Shown here in pieces: positions 31,952-42,013 of a stretch of 64,000 bases of DNA. This DNA is from a virus. The notes beneath the pieces are model-generated. The model saw only the letters and a list, made by a program, of their open reading frames with translations. It was not told the DNA's origin and ran no database searches. How positions within the stretch are numbered: position 1 is the first letter of the stretch; each line of letters opens with the position of its first letter. The stretch covers positions 32,001 to 96,000 of IMG/VR virus record IMGVR_UViG_3300021961_000042; one strand, 5' to 3'. The position numbers and the translations under genes were made by a program.

Positions 31952-33601
31952 ATGGTTAATTATAGTGCAAATACATGTGATATTATTACTTTATACCCTT
32001 TAGGTGTTGAGTGTATAGTTACAGACGCATATAGTCCTTTCACTACCGATGGTGCGATTTCATTATTTATCACAGGTGGCACTTCACCGTATTATGTTAA
32101 TTGGTCAAGTGGTTCACAATTACAATCCATATCAAATCTAGCACCAGGAGAATATACGGCAACAGTTACAGATTTTTTTGGTGATTTTACCGCAACTACA
32201 ACATGTGAAGTAGGTTTTGAAACATTTTATATAGAATCTTTTTTTAATTGTAATGATCCTGAAAGTTATTTATATTACACCGCCGATTTAGAAAATCAAA
32301 TCACAACAGGAAAAACATATATATTAGCATCTCAAACAGGATGTTGGGTTAGTGACGGATTGGTTTTGTACACAGGACAAACGTATTATCAATTTACCGC
32401 AACAACGACTTCAGGTCCTTTTGATAATTGTACAGAATGTTTACCAGTCACACCTGAATTTGAAAATACAGAAACACTTTGTTTAAATTCTAAAATTTAT
32501 ACAGCAACACCAACATTACCACCAGTTGTAACAGTTACAAATAATCAATTTCAATTCTACTCTGCATCAACAATAAATGGGTATCCATCTTGGACAAGTA
32601 GTACTAAAACCATTTATTATAATGCAAATTCATTACAGTGGATGGTTTCAGGTTGGACTTTAGCAGGTCAACCTGTTTTACAATCGAACATATCACCACC
32701 TATTGGTATTTGGACGTTTAACGGTGTTAGCGGAACAATAAATGTAACACAAGGATTATGTGAAGATAATATTGTTTTAAATACTACCCAATCACAAGCA
32801 ACCTGTAATAATTCAAATAACGGATTAATACAAGTGACATCAGTTGTTGGAGGAATAGCACCATATACGTACTCATTAACAAATAACCCATTAGACTACC
32901 AAAGCTCACCATTTTTTTTAAATTTAGATACAGGTACATATACAGTTTATGTTAAAGACATTATTGGAAATATTGGAAGTAAGTTAGCAACAATCACCCC
33001 ACAAACATCGGTAGCAAATTATCAAATAACATTAAATTTTGTACCCTCAACACCAACAATAACCGACACTCAGTCATATAAAGAAACGACCTTTGATTGG
33101 CAAGTTAGCATTCAACCACCATTACCACCTAATAAAACTATTACGTTTGATATTATTCACACAACAAATATTTCAGGAGGTACTTATACAACAAGTTCAC
33201 CAATATTATTACACTCCTCAACAACAGGACAAACAGGTGGAGGTCAATATTTAACAAGTGGAATTACAAATAGTTTCAATAACTCAACAACAACTTTTTG
33301 TGCTGGGTCAACTAACTTTACTAATTTTAATGTAACTGCAACAACAAGAACATATTCTGCAAAAATAACAGGACCTGGTACTGTTGGAGGTCAAATATTT
33401 AAAAAAATAACAACTAATAATTCTACAGTATGTCCAACAAAGGGAGTTATTAGAGATAGTTTTTCGGTGATTAATGCAACTATAGTTAATCAAAATGTTT
33501 GTGAAACTTTAAACATACCTGCTAACCCAATAACAAATACATTAGATAAAGAAGGACTATTAACTGTTGCACCAACCGGTGGTGGAGGTATCGGAGGATA
33601 A
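31952..33601 (+). CDS. Thr/Cys-rich appendage protein with SprB-like repeats
   Basis: GAISLFITGGTSPYYVNWS...LAPGEYTATVTD; GGIAPYTYSL...LDTGTYTVYVKD. Confidence 0.7.
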   Translation: MVNYSANTCDIITLYPLGVECIVTDAYSPFTTDGAISLFITGGTSPYYVNWSSGSQLQSISNLAPGEYTATVTDFFGDFTATTTCEVGFETFYIESFFNCNDPESYLYYTADLENQITTGKTYILASQTGCWVSDGLVLYTGQTYYQFTATTTSGPFDNCTECLPVTPEFENTETLCLNSKIYTATPTLPPVVTVTNNQFQFYSASTINGYPSWTSSTKTIYYNANSLQWMVSGWTLAGQPVLQSNISPPIGIWTFNGVSGTINVTQGLCEDNIVLNTTQSQATCNNSNNGLIQVTSVVGGIAPYTYSLTNNPLDYQSSPFFLNLDTGTYTVYVKDIIGNIGSKLATITPQTSVANYQITLNFVPSTPTITDTQSYKETTFDWQVSIQPPLPPNKTITFDIIHTTNISGGTYTTSSPILLHSSTTGQTGGGQYLTSGITNSFNNSTTTFCAGSTNFTNFNVTATTRTYSAKITGPGTVGGQIFKKITTNNSTVCPTKGVIRDSFSVINATIVNQNVCETLNIPANPITNTLDKEGLLTVAPTGGGGIGG

Positions 33602-33633
33602 TAACAAAAAAATAAAATAGATATTTATAACAT

Positions 33634-35826
33634 ATGTCTTATATAAACAAAACAACTGATGGTTTAGTAAATACAATTCTTACGGATGCGGGAAGAAGAA
33701 GATTGTCTCAGGGTAATTTTAATATCTCGTATTTTCAAGTAGGTGATAGTGAGGTTTGTTATAATTTTAATGGTGAAAATGTAATTAACACATTTAACGT
33801 ATTAAGACCACAATACAATTCACAAAATCTTACACCTGTTCCTGAATTTAACAAAATGAATATAAAATATCCTATTTTTGTTGATGCAAATTCAGGATCA
33901 ACATACGGTATACCATATGACGCATCTTTTGTTGATGACATATTTAATTCTGCAGCACCAAGAGGATTTTTTACAGGATCCACACTATATACTAGTTCTG
34001 CATATACTGTAAATCCAAATTTTGTTATTTTAAATAGTAACCTATCTTCAGGAACTGTAATCACAATATCAGCAAATACAATTAATGCATCCGTATCAGG
34101 AGTTGCAACCCCTGGTATGTTTGTAACTTTATTTAGTACGAACTCAGTAACCCCTTTGAGTGGCAATTCTTCTATATTCACCTATAAAGTAATTAACATT
34201 ACTGGTGACACATCATCAGCAACCACAGTTACAATAGAATTAGATAGACAATTACCTGATTTTTTAAATATGGGTTATTCAGGACAAAGTAGAGTTGTAT
34301 TTTACCCTTCAGGAATGACTGAATTATATGATTCTATTACTCCCGAACCATATTGGGCGACAAACGTATTTAATTTTGAAACAAATTGTGATGTCTCACA
34401 AACAGATGTAAAAGTTTGGAACATGAATATTCCTTGGACAGAAAACCCTGCTGGTGTTTTTCCAACAACAGTCCAAGGTTATTTAAATTATGAATCATCG
34501 GGTTATGTTGGTACAAAAGAATATTTAGGTTACAACACAAATACAGGTCAAAAAGATACAAGTAGTGTATTTTATTATAATTCATTAGGTGAAAAAATCA
34601 CTGTAAACCCCTCAGAACAAAAAGCAATTGCAATTGTACATTATACAAACCAATCAATAGATAATTTTTATGGAGAAAAATTTGCGCAAGAACCTTTTGA
34701 TGTTGCAAATTCAGGAAATACCGGACAAGCAAGAAATTTAAAAATATCAATACCTTGGTTGATGTGGCATAAAAATCCAAACGGAACAATAGGTGAAGAT
34801 TTTTACACCGACCCTGATGGGTTTTCTTCTCTTAATTTATTAACCCCTTATTATATTAAATCATTAAAAAGTGCTGATTTTAACAAACCAGGTATAAGAT
34901 ACTATCACTTATGGGACACCCATGCAAATGTTAATGGATACCCTAATAGAGTTGGTAAAGTTTTTCCTGATTTAAAAATGATAGTTTTTGATGATGATGA
35001 AATTGTTGCAACATTAAATAATAAATCAAACAGATCTTGGACTTTACCGGCACCTAAAGTAGGGACAATAATTCCTAACGCTTGTGATGGTATATTAGGT
35101 CAAGACGAAGGGTTAATAAGTGCAAATACAGAAAGTTTATTTGTAACTTATAGGTTTAATAACTCAGCATTTACAAACTCACTTCACTGTAATTATTATA
35201 CTCAAGTAACGCCAACACTTATCGATCCATCACAAACAACTTATAATGTATTTTTAAAATTTGGAAACGAGTTTCCGTTTTTAATATCTAATAATAATAC
35301 AATACCTACAGGTTTTACTGCAAATGAAATGAAAGTGATTGCTCAAAAAGTGGCTTCAGGGCAAACAAGACCGTTAAGTACTTCTTGGGTTGAAATAGAT
35401 GTTATGGAACAATTGTCGGCTAAAACAACAAATGGTTTTATAACTCTTAGTGGTTTAACTGGCACAACCATACAAATTACAAAAGACATGTATGATAATG
35501 GCGTTTCTTATGATTTAAGTGATTATATTAATCTTCCTGTTGTAAATCAAACAGGTTTGACCATGAATTTTGGTGGAGAATATTACTTTTTTGGTAACAT
35601 TCAAACAGATATTGCTGCAACCATATATGTTATGAATTTCCTATGTAATTTAGGTCAAACACAGTTTTTAAAATCAACAAACCCAACATGGGATAATGTA
35701 ACACCACCATACATAACAGAGGTTGGACTTTACAATGCCGAAAAAGAACTTATGGTTGTTTCTAAGATACAATCCCCACAAAAAAGACAAGGGATCCAAC
35801 AGTATCCGGTTAAACTTGATTTTTAA
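33634..35826 (+). CDS. tail/baseplate structural protein (tail-collar-fibre-like termini)
   Basis: N-terminal ILTDAGRRRLSQGNFNISYFQVGD; C-terminal YITEVGLYNAEKELMVVSK. Confidence 0.65.
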   Translation: MSYINKTTDGLVNTILTDAGRRRLSQGNFNISYFQVGDSEVCYNFNGENVINTFNVLRPQYNSQNLTPVPEFNKMNIKYPIFVDANSGSTYGIPYDASFVDDIFNSAAPRGFFTGSTLYTSSAYTVNPNFVILNSNLSSGTVITISANTINASVSGVATPGMFVTLFSTNSVTPLSGNSSIFTYKVINITGDTSSATTVTIELDRQLPDFLNMGYSGQSRVVFYPSGMTELYDSITPEPYWATNVFNFETNCDVSQTDVKVWNMNIPWTENPAGVFPTTVQGYLNYESSGYVGTKEYLGYNTNTGQKDTSSVFYYNSLGEKITVNPSEQKAIAIVHYTNQSIDNFYGEKFAQEPFDVANSGNTGQARNLKISIPWLMWHKNPNGTIGEDFYTDPDGFSSLNLLTPYYIKSLKSADFNKPGIRYYHLWDTHANVNGYPNRVGKVFPDLKMIVFDDDEIVATLNNKSNRSWTLPAPKVGTIIPNACDGILGQDEGLISANTESLFVTYRFNNSAFTNSLHCNYYTQVTPTLIDPSQTTYNVFLKFGNEFPFLISNNNTIPTGFTANEMKVIAQKVASGQTRPLSTSWVEIDVMEQLSAKTTNGFITLSGLTGTTIQITKDMYDNGVSYDLSDYINLPVVNQTGLTMNFGGEYYFFGNIQTDIAATIYVMNFLCNLGQTQFLKSTNPTWDNVTPPYITEVGLYNAEKELMVVSKIQSPQKRQGIQQYPVKLDF

Positions 35827-35831
35827 TTTTT

Positions 35832-36434
35832 ATGGCAAAAACAGATTTAAAAAACTCCCCAAAAGTTTTGGGTTTGGACATATCCACCAAAACTATAGGT
35901 TGGAGTTTATTTGATATCAAATCACAAGAGTTATTAGAATTAACACATTTCTCACCCATTATTAAACCAAAAGTTGATGATAAAATACAAGAACTTTTAT
36001 TAAAAGTTAAAGCTTTTGAAGATAAATTGATAGGGTATCAAAATTTAGGTATTACTAGTGTTGTGATTGAAGAACCATTACTTAATTCAAATAATGTTTG
36101 GACAGTAGGTACACTTTTAAGATACAACTCGATGATTACTAAATCCATTTATGATATTTTAGGGATAGTGCCAAATTTTATATCAACATATAATTCAAGA
36201 AAATTTGCTTGGCCAGATTTAACTCAACAAAACGATAAAGGAAAATACGTTTTATTTGGTGGGTTACCAAAAGACGTTGATAAAAAAGAATTAATTTGGA
36301 AAAGAGTATCCGACAAAGAACCGCAAATCACATGGTTATACACAAAAAATAACACATTAAAAAAGGAGTGTTATGATATGGCCGATTCTTACACATGTGT
36401 TCTTGGTTATATGAAACAAGAAAATATATGGTAA
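35832..36434 (+). CDS. RuvC-like Holliday junction resolvase
   Basis: VLGLDISTKTIGW, VVIEEP, YDMADSY acidic catalytic set. Confidence 0.8.
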   Translation: MAKTDLKNSPKVLGLDISTKTIGWSLFDIKSQELLELTHFSPIIKPKVDDKIQELLLKVKAFEDKLIGYQNLGITSVVIEEPLLNSNNVWTVGTLLRYNSMITKSIYDILGIVPNFISTYNSRKFAWPDLTQQNDKGKYVLFGGLPKDVDKKELIWKRVSDKEPQITWLYTKNNTLKKECYDMADSYTCVLGYMKQENIW

Positions 36435-36471
36435 TTTTATATTTAACTAATATTTATAAATAAAAAAGATT

Positions 36472-37095
36472 ATGAAAAAAATAATAAGACTTACGGAAAG
36501 GGATTTAACAAGAATAGTTAGAAGAGTATTAAATGAAGAACCAATGACTAATCCTGAAGAAGAAATGCCAACATTACCAATGCAAGAAATACCTAGTAAT
36601 ATACCTAATAGTATACATTCAGATATCGATGATTTATATGAAAAAAGAGATGAATTGGCTAAAGAGTTTATGAAGTTGGAACGTAGAAGTGGTGGTTTAA
36701 TGGGTAGATTGAAAAATAAAGTAGGAGATAAAATGGGTGAGTTGGAAGATAGCGCAAAAGAAGAAATTGAAGAAATTAGAGTAAATGTATTAATGATACT
36801 TGATGACATCAAAAGAAAATTACAATCTTTGAAGTTAAACGCTAAAAAAAGAAAAGAGGAAAGAATGAATAGAAGACATAAAGAAAGATTAGAAAGAGAA
36901 ATTGACATATATGAAAAAAGCATTCAAGATATTAAAGATAAAAAAATAATAACTGCTAGAGATTTACAAAACTTAAAAGATATTCTATCAATCAGTGGTA
37001 TATACATAACCATGATCGGAAGTATAATTGCAAGATTTATATACATGCATAATGATGAATCAAATTCAGAAATTAATCCTCATCTAAGAGACTAA
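36472..37095 (+). CDS. hypothetical coiled-coil protein with N-terminal leader and C-terminal hydrophobic segment
   Basis: MKKIIRLTERDLTRIVRRVLNEE leader; own TATTTAT (36451) and terminator. Confidence 0.7.
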   Translation: MKKIIRLTERDLTRIVRRVLNEEPMTNPEEEMPTLPMQEIPSNIPNSIHSDIDDLYEKRDELAKEFMKLERRSGGLMGRLKNKVGDKMGELEDSAKEEIEEIRVNVLMILDDIKRKLQSLKLNAKKRKEERMNRRHKERLEREIDIYEKSIQDIKDKKIITARDLQNLKDILSISGIYITMIGSIIARFIYMHNDESNSEINPHLRD

Positions 37096-37105
37096 ATAAT
37101 AACTT

Positions 37106-37135
37106 AACCCACCCCAAAAAGGTGGATTTTTTGTT
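37106..37135 (+). terminator. intrinsic terminator (copy 1 of a repeated element)
   Basis: ccacc-ccaaaaa-ggtgg followed by a T tract. Confidence 0.75.
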
Positions 37136-37137
37136 GT

Positions 37138-37165
37138 TTGACAATTCCTCCTTATTTCTTATCTT
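37138..37165 (+). promoter_or_regulatory. sigma70-like promoter TTGACA-N16-TATCTT upstream of primase
   Basis: Read directly from sequence. Confidence 0.5.
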
Positions 37166-37171
37166 TTATGT

Positions 37172-38092
37172 ATGAAAGAAGAGTCACTATTAGTTGACCT
37201 TATCGAGAATATTTTTGGTGAACCTAAAAACGTAAATGAATATAGTGGTCAAATATCTGTTGACTGTCCCGTTTGTTCCTACGAGATAAAAGGTTTATCA
37301 AAAACCGATGGTAAGGGAAATTTAGAAATAAATTATATTAATCATGTTTATAAATGTTGGGCGTGTTCTGAAACACACGACACTCACGGACATTTGGGTA
37401 GGTTAATTGAACAATTTGGGTCAAAAAAAGATAAAAAAACATATAATCTCATAAGACCCGATAAGGTAGAAAAAAAACAAAAAGAATATAAAAAACTTGA
37501 ACTACCAAAAGAATATAAAAGATTTGAAGAAATACACCCCTTACATTTACCAAGAAAAGAGGCTTGGAACTATCTAAAAAAAAGAGGAATAACTCAAGAA
37601 ACAATAGATAAGTATAAAATCGGTTTATGTATTGAAGGTGAGTATGCTGGTCGTATTATTGTCCCATCATTTAATAAAAAAGGTGAATTAAATTTTTTTG
37701 TTTCAAGATCATGGAATCCAAGAGCGAAGTTAAAATACAAAAACCCTGAAGCGGCTAAAGACTTTCTTATTTTTAATGAAAGTTTAATTGATTGGAAAAA
37801 AGACATTTATTTAGTTGAAGGAGTATTTGACTCATTCTTTTTAGATAATTCAATAGCGTTACTTGGAAAGTATGTGAATGATAATTTATGGGAAAAATTA
37901 TATGAAAAGGCAAAAAAAGATATAATAGTTTGTTTAGATGGTGACGCATTTAATGATGCTAAAAATATATATGACAAACTTAATGGAGGGACACTATATG
38001 GTAGAGTTAAATTAATGAAACTACCAAAAGATAAAGACGTTTGCGATCTTAGAGGTCAAATAAACGAATATATGATACAAGAAAAAGAATGA
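37172..38092 (+). CDS. DNA primase (Zn finger + TOPRIM)
   Basis: CPVC...CWAC, YLKKRGI, KYKNP, LVEGVFD, CLDGDA, KDVCD. Confidence 0.9.
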   Translation: MKEESLLVDLIENIFGEPKNVNEYSGQISVDCPVCSYEIKGLSKTDGKGNLEINYINHVYKCWACSETHDTHGHLGRLIEQFGSKKDKKTYNLIRPDKVEKKQKEYKKLELPKEYKRFEEIHPLHLPRKEAWNYLKKRGITQETIDKYKIGLCIEGEYAGRIIVPSFNKKGELNFFVSRSWNPRAKLKYKNPEAAKDFLIFNESLIDWKKDIYLVEGVFDSFFLDNSIALLGKYVNDNLWEKLYEKAKKDIIVCLDGDAFNDAKNIYDKLNGGTLYGRVKLMKLPKDKDVCDLRGQINEYMIQEKE

Positions 38093-38946
38093 ATTTAAAA
38101 GAAGTTGCAAAAGAAATAAGAGATATCTTATTAAAAAGACAAAATGAGCTACATTTAACTTTTGAAGAAGAGAAACATAGATACACCATGAAAGATGTTG
38201 ATGGAACCATCAGAGATGATTTTCCATCAGTATCGAAAGTAATGAAGTTATTTTATGATGAATTTCCTACCGAAGAGGCTGCAAGAAATAAGGCAAAAGG
38301 GGACCCATATATTATGCAAACACTACTTGCTGAATGGGACGAGGCTGGTAAAACATCAACAAACATGGGAAGTCGTGTTCATTATGAGTTAGAAATTGAA
38401 ACAATCAAAAGACACGGAATTAAAAAAGAAGTGAGACAACCACTTTATGAGTGTGATATGGAAATGATCATGAAAGGTGATCGTATGATTAAGGCCGGAT
38501 ATAAGTTTTTGAAACTAATGGAAGAAAGAGGTGCGGTTTTATTAGATACTGAGATTGTTTTGGGAGATCCCGAACTTGGTTACACGGGACAACCCGATAA
38601 AGTTTGGTTAATGTTTAATAAACAAAGGACGGGTTTTGGAATAGTAATTACCGATTGGAAAACTAACAAAAAGAAAAACATGGAAAGTAATGATTACACA
38701 AAACCCATGAGAGAACCATTCAAGTTTTTACCAAACACTGCTCTTGGTCACTATAACACACAATTACCACTTTATGGTAAATTACTTTTAAAAATGTTAA
38801 AAGGTAGTAAATATGAAAACGTACCATTTTATGGTTGTGTTATTGTTCATTTAACTGAAGAACAAGAATTTACTGAATATAGAGTTGAAAGAAAAGTAAT
38901 TGACACCATTATGAACATGGATATTAAACAACGTTTGACAAAATAA
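38089..38946 (+). CDS. PD-(D/E)XK exonuclease
   Basis: GSRVHYELE, GQPDKV, ITDWKTNK, HYNTQLPLY. Confidence 0.8.
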   Translation: MNLKEVAKEIRDILLKRQNELHLTFEEEKHRYTMKDVDGTIRDDFPSVSKVMKLFYDEFPTEEAARNKAKGDPYIMQTLLAEWDEAGKTSTNMGSRVHYELEIETIKRHGIKKEVRQPLYECDMEMIMKGDRMIKAGYKFLKLMEERGAVLLDTEIVLGDPELGYTGQPDKVWLMFNKQRTGFGIVITDWKTNKKKNMESNDYTKPMREPFKFLPNTALGHYNTQLPLYGKLLLKMLKGSKYENVPFYGCVIVHLTEEQEFTEYRVERKVIDTIMNMDIKQRLTK

Positions 38947-38974
38947 ATAAAATAAAAAATTTTAAAAAAAAGAA

Positions 38975-39796
38975 ATGGAAGAAAATATGAAATTGATGAA
39001 TGGAGATTGTTTAGAACTAATGAAAACAATTCCAAATAATTCGGTAGATTTAATTTGTTGTGATTTACCATATGGTACTACTGATAGATATGGCGGTAAA
39101 AAAACTAAGTCTAATAGGTTTATGGAATGGGACAATATAATACCATTAGATAAATTATGGGTTGAGTATAAAAGGATCTTAAAACCAAACGGTGTCGTTT
39201 GTTTAACTGCGGACCAACCCTTTACCTCCCAATTAGTGATGTCCAACTTAGATTGGTTTAAATATGAATTTATTTGGAAAAAAAACATAACCACTGGATT
39301 TCTTTTGGCTAATTACAGACCTATGAAACAAACCGAGGACGTTCTGATTTTTTCAGAAGGAGGTGCTTCCGCGGCATCCGCAAAGGCGGGTAATAATATG
39401 ACCTATAACCCCCAAGGGTTAGAGCCTAAAGTAGTTGTTCGAAAAAATGGTAAAAATAGACTCGGTAAATTTTTATCTAATGAAGAATTCTTAGGTAAAA
39501 ATAATTCTTTACTTGGTGATAAAGAATATAGTCAAAAATTTACAAATTACCCTAAAGAGATTATAGAATTTGGTATGGATATCGACACTATACACCCAAC
39601 ACAAAAACCAGTCTCTTTAATGGAGTATCTAATAAAAACCTACTCAAATGAAGGGGAAGTTGTTTTAGATAATGCAATGGGATCGGGGTCTACGGGAGTT
39701 GCGTGTATGAACACTAATCGTAAATTTATAGGTATTGAATTAAATGTGGACTATTTTAACTCCGCTAGTGAAAGAATTAAAAAACTAAAAAAATAA
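38975..39796 (+). CDS. DNA methyltransferase, N4-C/N6-A beta class
   Basis: GDCLELM, CDLPYG (DPPY variant), HPTQKP, VLDNAMGSGSTG, FIGIEL. Confidence 0.92.
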   Translation: MEENMKLMNGDCLELMKTIPNNSVDLICCDLPYGTTDRYGGKKTKSNRFMEWDNIIPLDKLWVEYKRILKPNGVVCLTADQPFTSQLVMSNLDWFKYEFIWKKNITTGFLLANYRPMKQTEDVLIFSEGGASAASAKAGNNMTYNPQGLEPKVVVRKNGKNRLGKFLSNEEFLGKNNSLLGDKEYSQKFTNYPKEIIEFGMDIDTIHPTQKPVSLMEYLIKTYSNEGEVVLDNAMGSGSTGVACMNTNRKFIGIELNVDYFNSASERIKKLKK

Positions 39797-39847
39797 TTTT
39801 TTAATTAAAAAAAATTATATATTTGTAAAATATAAAAAGATAGAAAG

Positions 39848-40330
39848 ATGAGAAAAGTAAAATTAACTGAAAATGAAAAACAAAACTATGTTAAATATAT
39901 CGGAGTACCTAAGTTTATGAGTGCGCAAGAAGAGTTTGAATGGGCGGATTCTCAGGAAAAAGAATGTAATAAATGTCATAAACATTTACCACTTACTTGT
40001 TTTGGTTTTAGTACTTCAGGTAGATTTCCTTTTAATAAAGAAGGATTGAGATATCGTCGAGGAGAATGTTTAGAATGTGGATCAAAAATCTCTAATGGTA
40101 AAAAAAGGGCTAAAAAAATTTCTGAAAACTTAGGTAATAATATAGAAGCATCTGAAGAGAATAAATGTGAGCTTTGTGGTTGTAAACAAAAATTGGTATT
40201 TGACCACAATCATCAGACAGAAACTTTCAGAGGTTGGTTATGTGATCCTTGTAATAGATCTTTAGGTACTATTGAAAGTCGATTAGGGGCAAATTGGCTA
40301 AATTTAATTAAAGATTACGTTAATAAGTAA
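39848..40330 (+). CDS. endonuclease VII-fold nuclease (Hpy99I-like architecture)
   Basis: CNKC...RRGECLEC and CELC...VFDHNHQTETFRGWLCDPCNRSLG. Confidence 0.8.
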   Translation: MRKVKLTENEKQNYVKYIGVPKFMSAQEEFEWADSQEKECNKCHKHLPLTCFGFSTSGRFPFNKEGLRYRRGECLECGSKISNGKKRAKKISENLGNNIEASEENKCELCGCKQKLVFDHNHQTETFRGWLCDPCNRSLGTIESRLGANWLNLIKDYVNK

Positions 40331-40346
40331 TGACGGACTCAACTAT

Positions 40347-40375
40347 TTGACAAACTAAACAAAATAAATTATATT
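40347..40375 (+). promoter_or_regulatory. sigma70-like promoter TTGACA-N17-TATATT
   Basis: Read directly from sequence; precedes the small-ORF cluster. Confidence 0.6.
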
Positions 40376-40380
40376 ATAGT

Positions 40381-40500
40381 ATGAAACCAGAAATTACAAT
40401 TGCTTGGTGGTATAATACCACTTGGGACACAAAGGAAAGTAAAATAAAAGTAAAATATAAAACAAAATGGAAGAAATCATCAAACCAAAAATCAATCTAA
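40381..40500 (+). CDS. possible 39-aa ORF (MKPEITIAWWYNTTWDTKESK...)
   Basis: Translated by hand; ATG 5 nt after the promoter -10 box; overlaps the next gene. Confidence 0.35.
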   Translation: MKPEITIAWWYNTTWDTKESKIKVKYKTKWKKSSNQKSI

Positions 40501-40682
40501 GAGATCAACCAACAGTTGAATGTGAAAAGTGTAAATCTGTTTACTTCAAAGAGGTCACAATATTAAAAAAAGTATCAAAAATTTTAACAGGGAGTCCTGA
40601 AGATACGATCGTACCATTTCCAACTTACATGTGTAATGAGTGTGGAAACGTAAATGAAGATTTTAAATTATTTGATAAGTAA
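40467..40682 (+). CDS. small zinc-ribbon protein
   Basis: CEKC...CNECG. Confidence 0.75.
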   Translation: MEEIIKPKINLRDQPTVECEKCKSVYFKEVTILKKVSKILTGSPEDTIVPFPTYMCNECGNVNEDFKLFDK

Positions 40683-40828
40683 TGGAAGTAGGTAAAATGA
40701 CTATAAGCAAAGCGTACCCACACCTTAGAAGTATCGCACTTGCTTATGGATTAAAATTAAATATTGCAAAAGATTTCAAATTCGCAAGAATTATTTTAGT
40801 AAATCTTTATAATCGTGAATTAATATAA
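40682..40828 (+). CDS. 48-aa hypothetical protein (MEVGKMTISKAYPHLRSIALAYGLK...)
   Basis: Translated by hand; TAATG coupling to the upstream stop; fills the gap. Confidence 0.6.
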   Translation: MEVGKMTISKAYPHLRSIALAYGLKLNIAKDFKFARIILVNLYNRELI

Positions 40829-40834
40829 ATAAAA

Positions 40835-41035
40835 ATGGGAAAAAAATTAGTATGGTTTGAATCTTACACAACAATTTGTAAGTATTCTACCGAGTTAACA
40901 GATGAAGAAGCAAAACTTTTTGAAGAAGATGAAGAAAAGTTTTATGAAGAAGTGGATTTTAGAGGTGACCAAGAATTAGAGTGGGACAAGATAGAAAACG
41001 AAGACGAATACGACTTTAGTGTAGAGGAGGACTAA
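40835..41035 (+). CDS. small acidic hypothetical protein
   Basis: ORF track; very rich in Glu/Asp. Confidence 0.7.
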   Translation: MGKKLVWFESYTTICKYSTELTDEEAKLFEEDEEKFYEEVDFRGDQELEWDKIENEDEYDFSVEED

Positions 41036-41037
41036 AT

Positions 41038-41271
41038 ATGACACATAAAGAATTTTATATTTGGTTAGAAGGTTATCTTTATGGTAAACTAGAAAACAAA
41101 CATATAGATATTTCACCAATTGTTGAAAAAATGGGACAAGTTAAAGATGAAATAAAATTTGGTATTGCCGAACCGTACAGAGCACCATTACCAATAAACC
41201 CATTCCCAAATAATAATGATCCATATAAACCACCGTATGAAGTTTACTGCGGTGATAAACAAAAATTGTAA
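41038..41271 (+). CDS. hypothetical protein
   Basis: ORF track; N-terminus MTHKEFYIWLEGYL. Confidence 0.7.
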   Translation: MTHKEFYIWLEGYLYGKLENKHIDISPIVEKMGQVKDEIKFGIAEPYRAPLPINPFPNNNDPYKPPYEVYCGDKQKL

Positions 41272-41321
41272 TGTAAAATTTGTTTTTTTTTTGATTGATA
41301 TATTTATTAATAAAAAACATT

Positions 41322-41951
41322 ATGAAAAATATTTTATCAAGTTTAAATGAATCTGAAAAAGTAAGGATTCTTGAAATGCACAAAAATGCAACAAGAAAAA
41401 ATTATCTTAAAGAACAAGATAAAAACCCATTGGCATTTGCTACTGATCCTAACTATATGGATTATTCTGGATTCAACAAGTCTAGTGAACCTGATGAGGA
41501 GGTTAAAAAATTATCAGAAGTTACATTATCCGCTTGGTTACCATTTGATGCGGCAAAACAAAGAGCGTCAAAAAAGGGTGGAGATATATTAGTATACTTC
41601 TATAACGATGGTTGTCATTATTGCGAAAATTTTACAAAAAATATAATGTCAAACGAAACGATAAGAAAAAAAATAGTTGAAAATAATTTAACTCTATGTA
41701 AAATAGTCATGTGTGTAGAGAAAGGTAAAGAAAAAGTGAATTGGCAAGGAAAAGAAATTACTTACACTACTTGTGACGATAGTCAAAGGGAAGTTTGGGA
41801 ACGTTTTGAAGATCAAGTCACTGGTGTTCCTAGTATGGTAATTGTAGATAGTAGTGGAGATAAAGTTAAGGCTGAATCTACAATAGCAGGTGACCCAAGA
41901 ATTGCAACCAATGCTCAAGCTATGGCGTTATCACTGATGGATAAAATATAA
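41322..41951 (+). CDS. thioredoxin-fold protein with N-terminal leader
   Basis: LVYFYNDGCHYCENF, VTGVPSMVIVD; leader LNESEKVRILEMHK; TATTTAT at 41301. Confidence 0.8.
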   Translation: MKNILSSLNESEKVRILEMHKNATRKNYLKEQDKNPLAFATDPNYMDYSGFNKSSEPDEEVKKLSEVTLSAWLPFDAAKQRASKKGGDILVYFYNDGCHYCENFTKNIMSNETIRKKIVENNLTLCKIVMCVEKGKEKVNWQGKEITYTTCDDSQREVWERFEDQVTGVPSMVIVDSSGDKVKAESTIAGDPRIATNAQAMALSLMDKI

Positions 41952-41981
41952 AATAGTTAAAAATTTATAATAGTTGTTTCA

Positions 41982-42011
41982 AACCCACCCCAAAAAGGTG
42001 GGTTTTTTGTT
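41982..42011 (+). terminator. intrinsic terminator (copy 2 of repeated element)
   Basis: aacccacc-ccaaaaa-ggtgggtt plus T tract. Confidence 0.8.
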
Positions 42012-42013
42012 AA

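Noticed and set aside
7965-35826. Cellular adhesin locus or contractile injection system rather than phage
   Set aside because: No signal peptides or T9SS C-terminal domains seen, and the block is contiguous with phage-type replication genes sharing the same promoter motifs.
38089-38946. Cas4 / CRISPR-associated nuclease
   Set aside because: No four-Cys Fe-S motif, array or other cas genes; the context is replication.
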